A stretch of DNA of 63,107 nt, the filler included, from Choristocarpus tenellus KU-1152 (lineage: Eukaryota > Protista > Phaeophyceae): the NCBI GenBank assembly GCA_964200185.2. It is 11 parts of 11 records of this genome, joined end to end, with 100 filler letters (N's around TTAATTAATTAA, not from the genome) between each part and the next. Parts side by side here need not be neighbours in the genome. Positions count along the whole stretch, not along the records: positions 1 to 5,127 come from CAXNAD020011787.1; positions 5,228 to 11,491 come from CAXNAD020008539.1; positions 11,592 to 25,651 come from CAXNAD020001288.1; 8 more parts are not named here. One strand, given 5' to 3'. Positions 1 to 13,600 of this stretch are shown here, one piece after another. The number at the start of each line of letters is the position of its first letter. Position 1 is the stretch's first letter. The notes under the pieces were generated by a model, which was not told where the DNA came from, made no database searches, and saw nothing but the letters and a program-made list of their open reading frames with translations. The translations under genes were made by a program, and so were the position numbers.

Positions 1-1422
1 TTTTCAATGTTAGATTACGGAGTGTGATTTCCGTGTCCAAGCTACATGTAGCTTACCCGATTAGGCATGTCTAATATTCCATGATATATACATATAGTCA
101 TATCCCATTGCTTAGCTCCTTCAATATGAAATATTCGAATGAACCGTTTCACAGGCCATATAATATATGATGGGAAACAGGAATGTTAATCCCAACAAAC
201 ACGTGACTTTTCTCCTCGGTTTAGTGGTCAAGGCCAACAACAACATTAAGCCTCTCCTTAGAAAAGCACAATACAAGTCGTGATATAAAACAAATCTAAA
301 GTTCAGAGAATTAAAATCTATGCTATAGTTAGTATCCTGGAGTATTATATACATCTGACAGAGAAAATGAGACAGCATGCACACCTTTTGTGGTTTTTTA
401 TTAAATAAGCGAATGAAATAGCAAATGTTGATATGAGAAAGAGCTCTACAACCCAGAGGTTTGTGCATGATGCCTTCACTGCTTTTTTTACTCTTTCCTA
501 TGTCTATCCATCTTGCAAGAGCAGGTCGGCAAGGATAGTGGTTCTCACAGGTGCAACGATTCTTTTGGAATTGCTAGTTGTATTCATCACAGCCTTGAAT
601 CGGGTCAGGGGACATTCCATTCTGAATTCGTTCTGGGTCGTTCTGGTAAGAGTCAATTGAGTGTGTGCACTGATCTCTTTAAATTTAACTGCAGCATAGA
701 GCAGCACTTACAGGGCCACTACTACTGTAGACTCTTTTGCTTGGGCCCTACCAGACACCTCCTTCGAGCATGTCTTGATGGTAGAATATCATTTATGTAT
801 ACTGAAACACCCTAAATATTGTTCCTAACATACTGGTGCAAAGTGGCATACTGTGCTGACCCGCAGGATGATCTGAATCTCTCTGGAAGCAAATGAGAAA
901 ATTGTCATATCATTGGCTAGTGTGTGTGTTGCTGTTGCTGATTGTATATATGTTTCCAACCAGGTACTTACTGATTTTTCTTGCTTTCACTCCATATCAC
1001 TACAATAATATGGAATTATGAAAATTTCGTAGTATGGAGTGTACGACAAATGTGTCTGTAACTCGTACAAAAATGGTGAGTGTTAAACGGTATGATGTAA
1101 ACGTGATTCCTGTTCCCCCGCAATATGCATAGCAACCACTCGCATCGTCAATATCACCATCTGTTGACAAGAGCTTTATCCACAAGTGGAGGCCTAGATG
1201 AAATGATTTCACATGGCGTATCATAATTACAAATGGTATCCATGAAGCATTCTCCTTTCATAGCGGTCACATGAAGTGGAAATGCCGTGTGTCCAACCCT
1301 ACCTTCATCGATTGAGACAAGACTTGTTCTGGAGTACTCAAATTCTAACCCTAACCCCATCCGTAATCTACTACTATGTTCTCAGCTACTCAGGATGTAA
1401 TCAAATGCGCTTGATACGTTTC

Positions 1423-1601
1423 GGCTTAAAGTATCTGGGGGGGGGTGGCGACTGTCCATTTGGGGTCGTTTCTTTCATGCCGCAATTTCTGGGTGATTTG
1501 GTTGCATACGTTGGAGGGATAATGTAAATACACTTTTCCTGATTTGAGGTCAAATGGACACCCTGGCGTAGACACCCCCCTCCCCCCAGATACTTTGGGT
1601 C
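1423..1601. mobile_element. MITE family B (~180 bp, related TIR with poly-G/poly-C arms)
   Basis: aaagtatctggggggg...gtccatttgggg ... caaatggac...cccccagatacttt. Homologous copy at 25454-25628; ends at ~5270-5318, ~25770-25790, ~30862-30930 and ~58257-58293. Confidence 0.75.
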
Positions 1602-3852
1602 TTCAATAGTGTGAAATTTTCTACTACTAGAATTTAAAGCAAAATATCACAAACGCATATGAGGTACTATAGTGAACCAAAATCCTGCTCAGAGTAAAAC
1701 ACCCAGAACACCATTCAAGTCGTGCTTGAACTCGGGGATCGATCAATGCGAAATTTCTGTCCCTGACAATTTTGGAGATTGATGATCCTTATGGTGAGAC
1801 CACTAAGGAATATGTACTCTCCCACGATCATTGCTTAATCTATTTATCAATCGCACACATCTGTCAGATCTTCTCAGACCATGACCATCCGAGGTACTTC
1901 AGTAAGCTACACCACTATGACAACTAGGATGCAACATATTTTTAGTGTGTGCCCTAATACTCACATGTACAGTTCAACCATCCCACTACTAATCAAAATC
2001 TCTCTCTTTTGTCGAATTTCGTGCTTACTGACCCAGTAGTGTCGCTCCGCAAAAACGGCAGACCACTATGTTTTTTTCGCATGTTAAATTCGCCACTGCA
2101 GGGAATTAGTGTACCAGCACACATACCAGCACACAGTACCAGAGTGCTATCCACACGGACCATCGAAACCATCTTTCCTTAGGAGCAAAAATCTTTAGTG
2201 ACAGAAAGCCGAACTCAGGCTCAAATTATTTTGAGTGCTGGCTTGTGTTCCATCCATTAATACTCCTGCAGACATTACAAGATGGCTGAAACCCAACGCA
2301 CGAACAGCAATGCAAGAATGAGATATTGTAGATATATAGTTGAATGTGGAGATTCATAGGTTGAATAGAGCAGTTAGTTTTAGTACCTCTAAATACTCAA
2401 ATGTGAGTTGGGGTTTGTTGAGCTTTTGGTTGTGTGAATGTGTCCATGTATCACCTTCAATAAAATACGTTTGAGGAAAAAGTGGAAAAGAGATGATAGA
2501 TGTTTTCAGCAGATTACAAAGAACGAAGTATTCCCGCGAATGTGAGTTGAGGACCTTGCAGTGAGGGGCAGGATGCAGGAAAGCAATAAAGTATTCTACA
2601 TATAGGTTTTAATAGAACTAAATTAAATTAAACTCAAGTGGCATTATAAACCATGCTAAGCCTGCATGACACCTAGGAACGGGGGTGGGTAAACTAGAGC
2701 TCCTTGGGACTAGTAGACTGAAATATTTTGGTTGACTTCAAGAACAAGTCGTAGACATTTAGACCGCTCATGTTGCGCTTACTTGGCTCACAACTCGACC
2801 TTTTGATTTATGTTCTCTCTCCCATTTGACACCTTGTGGTATGGTTGTCAACAAGACATCAAATCTTGTTTTACATAATAACTGGACCCCACCAACTCAT
2901 CGATTCTACAGTTTTTGCTGGGAAGGTATCACTTCTTGGATCTGAATTGCATACTACCTCGCCTTGATAGTGATCTCAGATCTACATTTTGTTGTAAACT
3001 GCCAAACAGTATATCTTACAAGAGCAAGGGGGGCTAGGATATGACTGTTGGTATAGATAGGTAGCTCTTCAGCACATGGATATATGATACATGGTGTATT
3101 GCTAATGTACTGCATCCTCTCTCACATATATATCTGAGATCTTCCTCCTGCACTCACATACATTAGTGCTCGATGCTAATAAACTCTCTCCCTGCATCCC
3201 TGCGTCCCTGCTTCCATTTTCATGTTGTTTCACCCCTTGTGTGTTGTCCCATTTCTCTGCTCAATTGTTGGGCACTTGGCTTGGTATGAGCGGGGCAGAT
3301 CATATTTTTTGCCGTACCCATCTACTTGACAAGTTACATCTCCCGTGCCCTGCGATTGGCCGTGGCATTCTTTCGAAGGGCAAAGCGTACTGTCCCCTGG
3401 CTTATACCAGTGAGTGAGGAGCATTCGAGGTTGAGACTAAACTTTGAGGATGGTGAGGTCATTGGAATCAAGCAACGTTGTTTGGGAAGGTATACTGCTT
3501 CGAGGGGCTACCTCCCGTGATCCTGTTTGGGTTGAGGTTAGAGTTGGGTACTTCATTGTGGCAGAGTAGTGGATGAAACCTTTGCAGATATAGTATCAGA
3601 AGTAATATATCTCTATCTATAATTTCTCCGTTTCTTGTTATCAGGGTGAGAGTAAGCTGATCCCAGTACTGTTATACTGACTCAAGAATCTGATTAACTC
3701 ATGATAGCGAGACTGTAATACATGTGCTAAGATTGAGTATGGCACCTGTTTTTGCATAGACCCACCGCATACTTAGAGCTATGATACCTCGATAAAAATA
3801 TCACATGCTACCAATTGCTCCCCGCTTGTCAAGGGATGACAAAGGTTGAGGT

Positions 3853-4118
3853 GAGTCAAAGTATTTAATAGGGTAGGGCCGCGTCCCTTTGGAGTCATAA
3901 ATCCAATGTTGTGATTTTGATTAATTTTGTCTATCGTGTTTGTTAGCAAGTGTCAATATCCTTGCTCTGGAAACACCTTTCATAATCCTATACAATTTAC
4001 CTACTCCGAAATCTGGAATCTTCACACAGAAAACCGAAAAGGGCAAAAAAACCCCATGGGAAGTCAAGCCCCGAACGGATAAACAGGGGAAAACTCCTAC
4101 CTATTTAAATGCTTTGGT
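3853..4118 (+). mobile_element. MITE family A, diverged copy
   Basis: Left TIR gagtcaaagtatttaatagggta and conserved internal blocks; right TIR decayed. Confidence 0.75.
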
Positions 4119-4941
4119 GTGATCTATCCATTTCTTCCCACAACCCTGAGAAGAGTGGTAGAGAAGAACATTGAGCAGCCTAAAAAAAATCTTCCCCCCT
4201 TCAATTTATGACCAACAGCGTGGAAACATTCCTGCATACTTCACTATTGCTGAGTATAATGTGCAACAACTCAACTCTGCAACACGATTACACCATACCT
4301 AACCTCTTATCCCTTGGTGTACCTTTTAGGAGCGTAACCACATCGCATTTCTTCTTTTGGTGGGCCTGTCGTTCGCGTCTATTCCCATCTACTGGAACAA
4401 GAAAATGGGCTTATGGTACGATGTGCAAAAATTACAAGTAGAGAATGGATTGATTTGATGGAACACATCCTTGGATTTGGATTCAAAATGTCAATGCTCC
4501 CCCTTCTGCTACACTTACCAATGCCTGTCCCTACTCTGTAAGGGAATTCTACAATCACATGACCGTTTTACGGGATGTTATGTACGTTGGCATTTCAGTG
4601 GCCTTGGCGCTTCTGTATCCTATGATCAGGCAAGTCTTCTGTCTCCCCTGTCTCAATCTACTCTTTTGTCCGGATCAAGATTGACTGTTTGGAGTATGTG
4701 TCCCTGTTTCGTATGGATGAGATCTTGTATACAAAGATGCAGATTTTGTGTGGGGTTTGTTTGTCTCTTGGAATGCAGTATGTTCCCAAGAACTGTAATC
4801 TATGACTGGTGTAAACTTGCCGATGTACCTTCAGGGATTAGTTGCCCTTCCAAAGTATCGTTTCTTATATACCTGTTAACGAGTGGTCTCTGAAGACAGA
4901 AATTGTTTATAGAAGGGGCTGGGTTATCATCTGTAGTTAGA

Positions 4942-4972
4942 TTTAGGGTTAGGTTAGGGTTAGGGTTAGGGT
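4942..4972 (+). repeat. Interstitial telomere-like (TTAGGG)n tract
   Basis: ttagggttaggttagggttagggttagggtt. Confidence 0.85.
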
Positions 4973-5127
4973 TGAGCTTTGGGGTCAACCTATTTGATCT
5001 AAGGACTCTTTAAATGTCATTTCAGACTGGATCAGGGAACTATACCCCCCCTTAGGGTCCGGTGTATTGATACGCAGTACAGATGGTGTTGTACCATTTC
5101 TCTACGTTGGGTAGCCAATGAACAATA

Positions 5128-5227
5128 NNNNNNNNNNNNNNNNNNNNNNNNNNNNNNNNNNNNNNNNNNNNTTAATTAATTAANNNNNNNNNNNNNNNNN
5201 NNNNNNNNNNNNNNNNNNNNNNNNNNN
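5128..5227. other. Artificial contig linker N44-TTAATTAATTAA-N44 (also 11492-11591, 25652-25751, 30955-31054, 33892-33991, 38562-38661, 41397-41496, 51061-51160, 54318-54417, 58294-58393)
   Basis: Ten identical 100-nt spacers whose core gives stops in all six frames; an assembly artefact. Confidence 0.97.
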
Positions 5228-5329
5228 ATAAAGCAAAAACACCAAAAAATCCCAGCAAAAAAAGATTTGCCCCAAATGGACGGCCCGCCCCCCCCCCCCC
5301 CCCCGGATACTTTAAGCCAATGAGGAAGG

Positions 5330-7757
5330 GGTTACAAACATGACAACAATGGGAGACGAAGGAGTCCAGCAGATCATGGCCGTGACTCTAGTGGAGGCGG
5401 TGAAAATGGTGGTGATGGTGATGGTACCGATGATGGGAGCAAGAATAGTCAAGGCGATACCTCATGTGACACGGATGTTGGGATGAGACCATGAAGAAGG
5501 GGAGGAGCCTTTGTAGTTTCCTGATGACACAGAGTTCGACTCGGTGAGACCAAGGAATGCTCAAGAATATATCTTGACATCGGAGCAAGCGGTCGTATGA
5601 CAAATTGTTTTGCTGGTGTAAGAGGTAGGACGAAGAATGTACATGGAAAGGAACACCGCGTTGCTGGGGGGGGGCTGGATAGAGGTGGTACCGATGCCAG
5701 AGAATGATGGAGTAGAATACACAGTCACCGTGAAGAAGGTTGGCTGTGGTGCCCACACTAGCTTACCACTTGTGCTCCGTTTGGACCATGTGTGAGACGT
5801 CAGGATGATGCAGTATTTTCAAGACTGATGCGTTGATGATTGAGGGGAACAATGGCCTGGATGATTTCGTGATACCAGTTGTGAACGAGTTCTACACTGA
5901 CTACATGTATATGTCGAGTTTTACCTTGAGAAACCTCAACTAGATTAGTGGCTACATTGAAGGTCGGGGTTGACATCAACGAGTTTCACCAATGAATTGG
6001 GTATCCTCGTGAATGGATAACACACAAGACTGCAGCATCGCATGGAACCATGTGTTGGGTGCTCTCAGTCCAAAGCTCACCGTGCTCCTGTGCCACAAAG
6101 AATGGATTCTTGGACAGGCTGGAAACTGGAGAGGGTACTTGACTTATCTGAGTGGGCCTAAACCAATCCGTAACCTCAGGGGCTGCTACTATTCCATCAT
6201 CATCATCAACGGCTGTACCAAAATGAAGTGGATACACTTCCTGGTCAAGAAGGATGGTGTGGCTGGTGCTGTGGCGGATTTCATCTCAGACATGGTGGTT
6301 CTAAGTGGACTGCAGGTTAGGGCTGTTGGAAGCAATGAGGGAGGAGAGTTCGTAAGTGAGGCTTGCCAGGACGTGATGAGGAGGCACGGGATTCGCTGTG
6401 AGCTCACAGGTGCTTTGAACCCAGAATACAATGGTGTAGCAGAACGAGCATTGGGCCTGATTGCTGAGAAGGCAATGGCCATGATGATTTGTGCAGGACT
6501 TCTAAGGCAGACTCAATTTGTGGGTTGAAGCTCAGAATTTTGCGTATCACCTGAGCAATTTGTGTGTCAATTACGCTAATGAAGATTGGATTTCAACATA
6601 CGAGCTCTGGCACGGTGAACCGTGGAAGGTAGATGGGACTGGCGACCTTTGGGACTTTGGGTTGCATGCCGGTGGCAAAACGAAAAAACAAACTAATTGT
6701 ACGAGGACCGAAGTGCTTGCTGATGTTTGATGTGGTTAGCTGAGCACTGCTCAAGGGGTTCCTGGTGAGTTCTACGTGAACGGCCAAAAACCAGCTGTTG
6801 ATCCGACGGTCTGTGACTTGGCACACACTTCACACTTTCGTGTCTCACGGTGATAGGGAGCTTACAGCTGAGGAGCACGAATTGTCGTTGGCTTTACACA
6901 AGCCATCGTTTGAGGAGTTAAGAGGGTGTTGGTGAGAGAAGGCTGCGTGTGGGGAAAAATATAGCGAATCTGCACAGCAGGGGAAGGGGTGTTGATGTTT
7001 GCTGTGAGGTCGAATGCTGCACGAACTCACATATTTTCTGCCAAAACCCAAGTCTGTCGGATCAGAATCTGTATGTTCGAAGAGGGCTCGTTACAGGGCC
7101 ATCACCAGAGGGGACCAAGTGACTTCAGAAGGTACACTAGTGACTACCTTAACTAAAGCCCTGATTGTCAAGAAAGTGATCCATGAGGCTGCTCAGATGA
7201 CCATGGAGTTTCCCGATGAACAGGCAAATACCAGTCCGCCTGAATCACGATCGTCTCGTGACACTCTACGGTCACTGGAAGCACCTTATTGGTAGGATGC
7301 CATGGCAAAGGAGTTGCGAAATCTGCTGTGGTAGAGTCTGGAGTCTGGGACAAGGGAGGGTAAGGAGGCCTTCGGATCGCACAATGGTGTGAACCAGATG
7401 AGTATACAATCGAAAGGTCATCCCAGAAGGGGAGGTTGTTGATGAGTACAAGGCGCGTCTGGTGGCCATGGGGAACAGACAAATCCCCGGGCTAGACTTT
7501 CCGGAGAAGTTTGCGCCTACTCCCTTAGACAGCACTTTACGCTTGGCGATGACAATTGCTGTGCTGGATGACCTGGAACTAATTCATGCTGATGTGGGGC
7601 AGATGTCGAGGATGACATCTACATTGAAGTACCGGATGATGCACTAACCACACCATACAGGAATATCTTGAGTTTGCCAACCGGTCCCAGTGTGGTTATC
7701 ACATCCTCCAGTACTTCAATGTAGATGTCCTCCTCAATATCTGCCTGCATAAAAGCC
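5330..7757 (+). mobile_element. Degenerate Ty1/copia LTR retrotransposon internal region (protease, integrase, start of RT)
   Basis: YLDIGASGRMT (copia protease-like) at ~5570; integrase core VRAVGSNEGGEF...GIRCELT...PEYNGVAERA (6013-6528); RT YKARLVAMGNRQIPGLDF..FAP (~7445-7520). Copia PR-INT-RT order, with many stops and frameshifts. Confidence 0.9.
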
Positions 7758-8139
7758 TCCCCCGTCACCATCTCTACCACCTACACATCCCCTGAGTGCT
7801 CCACTCAAATACTCAAACTGCTTTATATATTATTACGGTCGTTCCTCTGACATTGCCCTGAACATGGACAAGACCTTTGCCGTACCTTCCCAGGGCCACT
7901 AACACACGCCCTCAGAACTGGAGTTTCTAGCCAAAGCGGGAATCAACCTGGCCCCGAACCCAAATGATTTTGTTACATTGGGGGCTCCTGTGGGAAACAG
8001 ATGGAGTCATCCAAGCCCAAATGCCGTAGGTAATCAAGAGCTAGGGAGAGAAGATCAAACACATGCCAGGTGACTGATTGCAGGAGGAAAAATGTAGAGA
8101 TATCAGACATGCACGTACCTGCCCTCGGGCTGGAGGATA

Positions 8140-8790
8140 GGTACGCCAACACACACCAGTGGTGAAACGTCTGGGTCAACTTTGCAAAGGAATGAGCATC
8201 CCTTGCACTATGGAGGATGGAAGCCCATTTACAGTAGATAGGAATTTCCGCATGGATGTGGTCTTCCATGCTGGAGCACTTGCGGATGCTGGATCACCTC
8301 CCTACCAAGACAAAGGCCTTCTGCTAGATGTTATATTTGCAGAATTGCAAGCGGCCTCCCACCTACCCCCACTCATCCACCGGCAATGGTGTAGCTGCTG
8401 CTGCAGCTGAGGTGCGAAGGCACACCCACTACGAGGGCTCTTTTGTCCCTCGTAGTTATAACCACAACACCTTCATGGTGGAAAGTTTTGGGCGCCTTGG
8501 TAAGCAAGCGGAATGCTTCTTGGATGGGCTGGCTACTCACACGGAAGGGGGGAGAGGGACAGGAGGCCAAAGCAGAAAAGGGGTGATCAAATCCTGTCTA
8601 CGCCAGATAGTATCGGTCACAACACAAGTAGCTCTATCTAGATGTGTCATGCGTTTTAAGCTGGAGACGCCAGGGAGATGGGCAAGGAGGGGCTCATTAG
8701 ATTCTTGGGATGCTTCCCTAGCTCCTCACCCTGGGGTGGAGGCCTAAGCTAGGTTGCAGCATAGCTGGTAGTAAAATAGTAAATAGATCA
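8140..8790 (+). mobile_element. 3' end of a non-LTR retrotransposon with a restriction-like endonuclease (RLE; CRE/NeSL-like), frameshifted
   Basis: Two frames give ...RMDVV...LLLDV...AAAAEVRRHTHY...TFMVESFGRLG, matching the RLE pattern RxD..D..(A)ExxKxxxY..E.xGxxG. Followed by a gtaaaatagtaaatag tail. Confidence 0.7.
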
Positions 8791-9281
8791 ACGTCTTTCA
8801 CATTTACGACAACTGTTACTTTTTAAGGGATTTTTCTGACATGTGAATAGTTTTCGTTATTTTTTCCCCTGACACTCCTGCAAAATGTCAGAGGGCATAA
8901 TAAGCAAAAATAATATATAAAATACAACATTAGTTGCTAAAACCTTACCATGAAGTCGCTAAGATCATGTACCATTAGTAACTAAAACCTCACCTTTCTG
9001 GAGCCTACACATACTGTCTCATCTCCTGTACTCACTAGCCCAAGGCTTCCTTTCCTCTCCTTAGTCAGTAGTCAATCAAGTGTGGTGTTGGTTCCTGTCT
9101 AGGTACTCTTGATTTCTCACATCTTTGTCTCTCAATCCGACAGACGAGTAGTTTAACTTTTCCACCACTTGCTCTGCCCCTTTTCTTATTTTCCTTTCCT
9201 TGTGCCCCCCTCATGGACTCTGTCTGTGTATCCTCTCTTGTCTATCCCACTCTCCTCTCTCTGCCGCTGGGTTTCATACAG

Positions 9282-9395
9282 CCGAGGCGTCTGAGGGTTG
9301 ACCTAGTTCTCTACAGCGGAGGGAGGGACGCAAACAGCATGTCCCTGGGCTGTGATGGTGCGGGAATTGACCTTGGGCGCTACGGGCGCATACAG
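9282..9395 (+). CDS. Internal exon of a class-I pyridine nucleotide-disulphide oxidoreductase (soluble transhydrogenase SthA / dihydrolipoamide dehydrogenase-like)
   Basis: Pyrimidine-rich intron end + CAG, 114-nt open exon PRRLRVDLVLYSGGRDANSMSLGCDGAGIDLGRYGRIQ, then GTGCGA donor. Fits the family pattern DxxLxxxGRxxNxxxLxxxxxGxxxxxxGxI. Confidence 0.75.
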
Positions 9396-10632
9396 GTGCG
9401 ACCATTGAAATATAGGTCACGCCTCCCAAGATCTTGCGCACTGTTTAATATATTCCTTTGTTAATAATAGCTGTGCTATCGTGATTGCGAGTGGAGGGGG
9501 GTGATGCCCGTGTGCTCTTCACCTTTCAAAGTCTTTTTTTTTTTAAAGGGAGATGCTTATTTTCATTCACTTTAAGTCAAGATGTGATTCATTCGAAAGG
9601 CTGGTGAAGGGTTAGGGTTATTGATGGTGTTTCGGTGTACGGGTGTACGCTAGCTCCTACCCTGATCGCATTTATTACTTAAATTGGGGTTAATGGAGCT
9701 CTACTGGGCAGGGGTTATTTGTGTGTCCACGAGCTGAGAGATAAGTTGTCTGTGACCTGGTCCTTGTGGCAAAACTATTGTCATTGGGTATAGCCTGCTT
9801 TTGTTGTGGACAGAAGGTTCTGCAGAGGGGTGGGGGGGAGGCACGCTCTTCATCATTCAAGGATTGATACGGATTGATTAATGGGTTGGCTGCCATGAAT
9901 TTATTTGGTGATTGTGCTGGTTTTCACTTTTGCTTCAGGATCTTGGTGGGTAGTTACTAAGGAGACACTGCAGTGCAACAATGAGGGGGAAACGCCTACA
10001 TGAGGTATAGAAAATGGGTATGGTATGAGTTGTATGCCTTTGTTGGGTTTGATGTGAACAGAAACGAGATGGTTGCTTTTTAAGAATTTTTGGATTGTTG
10101 GACTGTTGGATCGACTCTTTCTCTTGAAAGTATACTTTTGTTTGTTTCCTTTTATCATGGCACTTAGCAGTCTGGTGGGTGATCGTTACTCTACCAATCC
10201 AGATACTCAAGATGTATCAATCCGTATCAGCAGTAGATATTTATACATCATTTATCTATATCCATAATAGATATTTTTGTATAGGCTGGTCATGACCTTT
10301 AGAGTAAGACTGTGTTTGTTCATCTTGCACAACAACAATACCCTATTGCTTAGCTGGTACGTTATATATTCAATGTACTTATAAATGGAGTCCACCCAAC
10401 AATCTAATTCGTTTGTTTTTGTGTAAGTCTTTTCAAGCAGGAAAAAAAGGGAGGCAAGGGGGGAAGGAGGGGCCGATTGTTTTCTGAATACAATTTATTG
10501 CGGCAATTCAATCAAGCGTCTGAATATAATGGTAATTGTAATATTGGAGTGCGGATTGGAAATGTTAGTTAATCCCTTGCACAAACTTCCTACATATCAT
10601 ATCATAGTTGTAGTTCCTTCCATCTTCCCCTC

Positions 10633-10663
<31 letters not shown>

Positions 10664-13600
10664 TCGATGTAATAGCCTTCAATCATATCCCCTTGGAGTA
10701 GACCACACTACTATCATTTACAAGGAGTCAAAGTAAGTGAGATGTGCCCGGAGTTGTATCTTAAGGATCCTGACAAATGTGTCCAAACTTTGGCTTGTTT
10801 TTACAGATTCATACAGGGTCTTTTAGGAACATTCTGTCAAAAAGGTCTCAAACAATAGAGAAATCAATGGTCTCAAGTCCAACTTGCCACTTCATTTGTA
10901 TAAAATGAAATATAAATATAAATATAAATATGGGTGAGCTGCGTAACATTGAAAAAACGGCTTAAAATGCCAAAAACGTCCAAAAACTGGGTACCTCTCG
11001 CTTACTTTGACTCAATATCTCATATTAATAGGCCACAACTTTTGGTTTGTTTGTGTTCCTTAGAACGAAACCATATGCATGCGCATATATTTATGTATTA
11101 CTAGTACATATACATATACATATATATATGTGTGTGTTTCACACTGCAAGATAAGGTACAAGATGAGATAAGGAGCACTTGCAAAGGTTCAGAGAGTGGT
11201 GTAGAGGTATAGGTGTAGAGGCAGATACTGTACAGCTTTTGATGAGGGGTCCCCACAGCCAACTACTCTAGTACCCGTATTAATAATTCACAACAATATC
11301 CCAATGTCCCAATCCCCCCCCCCCTGCCCAGTCAACCCTACCCACCTACCTTTTTCCTTGCCCTTCTCCATACACCCCTGTAACGATTTCTTGCTGCCAC
11401 GATGGAAACAGCAATGACCACAAGCAAAACTGGTCAAACCCTAACCTGTACATATCCCCCCCCCCCCCCCCCCCCCCCCCCCCACCCACACNNNNNNNNN
11501 NNNNNNNNNNNNNNNNNNNNNNNNNNNNNNNNNNNTTAATTAATTAANNNNNNNNNNNNNNNNNNNNNNNNNNNNNNNNNNNNNNNNNNNNCAGTCAATT
11601 TTGGGTCAAGCCCATCCTCAATGAAAAGCTCCATCCTCAATTTTTGAAATCTGCTGTTAATGGTATAATGATGTGCAGCATATGATCTGTACTTTCTGTG
11701 TATGTTGCATTATTTGCAAAAGGTACATGAAATGTATTATTTTTGTTGCATGATGTGGGTATAATCAGGTGACATACAGTACTGTGCAAAAAGTTTAGTA
11801 CAAATACAAAATTGGAGTTCCAGAGATAGCTGGTTGGTTTTCTCTAAGCATATAGACGGTAATACAAGAGAATACACAAGTCCTAAACCTTTTTCCGAAA
11901 ACCGTTTACAAAAATTTACTTTACATCACGCATACGTACTACTATTACTACTACTGTCACACAGATTAATTCATTTGAGAGACGCATGCTGTGCAGAAAG
12001 CATCGATGACAATCTTCTTCATTATAGTAATGTTGGTCCTGGGTCTCAAGCCTCCTCTCTCATTCCTCCAACACCACTCTATTCTTTATCCTTCTCGTTC
12101 TTGTTAGTATTGTTCTCAGAAATCTCAGCATTACAGTATAGTATTCTTACGGTAGTAGCAGTATATCCACTGCATAGAGCATGTGGTCCTATTGTAAGTA
12201 GTAGTAGTAGCAGTATTATTGGCAGTAGTAATCCTTGTGAACAGGTATGAAATTATCACACACACGAAAATAAGAGAGAATAATTCCTCCAACTTAGGAT
12301 TGGACAGAAAGGAAGTATGTATACACCACACAACAACAGATCTGTACACAAAGTGGGACAGGTACACAAACACGAGATGTTCCCCTCTATCGGCCTTAAA
12401 ATGCTACAGAGCACTCTACACCAGGTCTAATAAAGTTCTCCAGAGTAGTTACTAAACTACTGATAATGAAAATACTGTGATAGTAGGATGTAACAAACAA
12501 AAAAAATCTGAGTGAATAGGTGAGGGATGATAACTGCAAGATCCAGCTTGAGGGTCCATGCCTGCTGTTGTCATTTACTAGTTCATACAAATGACAATAC
12601 TAATTTCGTTTCACCCGCTGACTCAACGTTTATCATTTTCCCACAGTGAAGGTTCCTTGCAACTCAGCCACCTCTGTTTCGACAGCATAAAAAAATTTAA
12701 AACAAAAACAAGAAAAGCAGTACAAACTGTGGGTAGACATTTGAGCCAAAGTAACTTAGAGGTAGGCAAGGTTGCATTTTCAGGACCAAGATAAAGGGCA
12801 AAAAGACAAATTTTGTACAATTGCAGAAAGAGCCTTTGCTGGATTGTTGTCAAATGTGTGTGGAAAGGGGGAATATCAGTTTGGTCTACCCTGTCGTACT
12901 CATGAAGAGATGAGATGAGGTGTATTGCATAGGGTAAAGATGGCTTAGGATACGAAAGGGTTCAAACCCGACATCCTCTCAATTACTTCGGCTCATTCAC
13001 CAACCATCAAATGGGGATCATCTTCCTGAAATATAATAATAGTATTAGATGGAATAATATCATCCATACATCATGTTCCTTTCAGAAGCTATACATGCAT
13101 AGCTCTAGCACGTTGGGGGCATCACAAATTGGTAACTACAGTGTAGATTGCAGTGCCACTAAGCATAAAAAAAAATATCTCCGATCTCTGGCAAAAGACC
13201 AATCTTTGGTCCCAACAACCATCAACCATCACCAAGTACATCCCCCAAGCCCCAACGTCGGACCAGACTCACTCAAACACAAAGAAATAAATGTATCCTC
13301 CTCATGATGCATCTGTCTGTGAAAATCCCCCCTCTTCCAAAATTTTCACAATCCTCCTATTTGCCATACATCTCATTGTCAGATATAGGAGATACTCCCG
13401 ACAACTATTCAAACTATGAAGTATCAAACAAAAAAAGATCCAGTCAATCTTACGGAATCACAGAAGAGGGGTAGAAAGGCACACTTACACACTACGCAAT
13501 ATTGTAATCTCTAGGATTCCATGGATCCATTCCCTCTTTTTTCTCTTTTTTTTTACATGAAAATTATCGAGACTACCGAGATAATCACAGCATAGAACGT

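Noticed and set aside
3290-3410. Possible exon QIIFFAVPIYLTSYISRALRLAVAFFRRAKRTVPWLIP with a GTGAGT donor
   Set aside because: No clear acceptor, partner exon or recognisable family.
10632-11140. (TAT)n, (AAATAT)n and (TA)/(TG) microsatellites
   Set aside because: Ordinary simple repeats.
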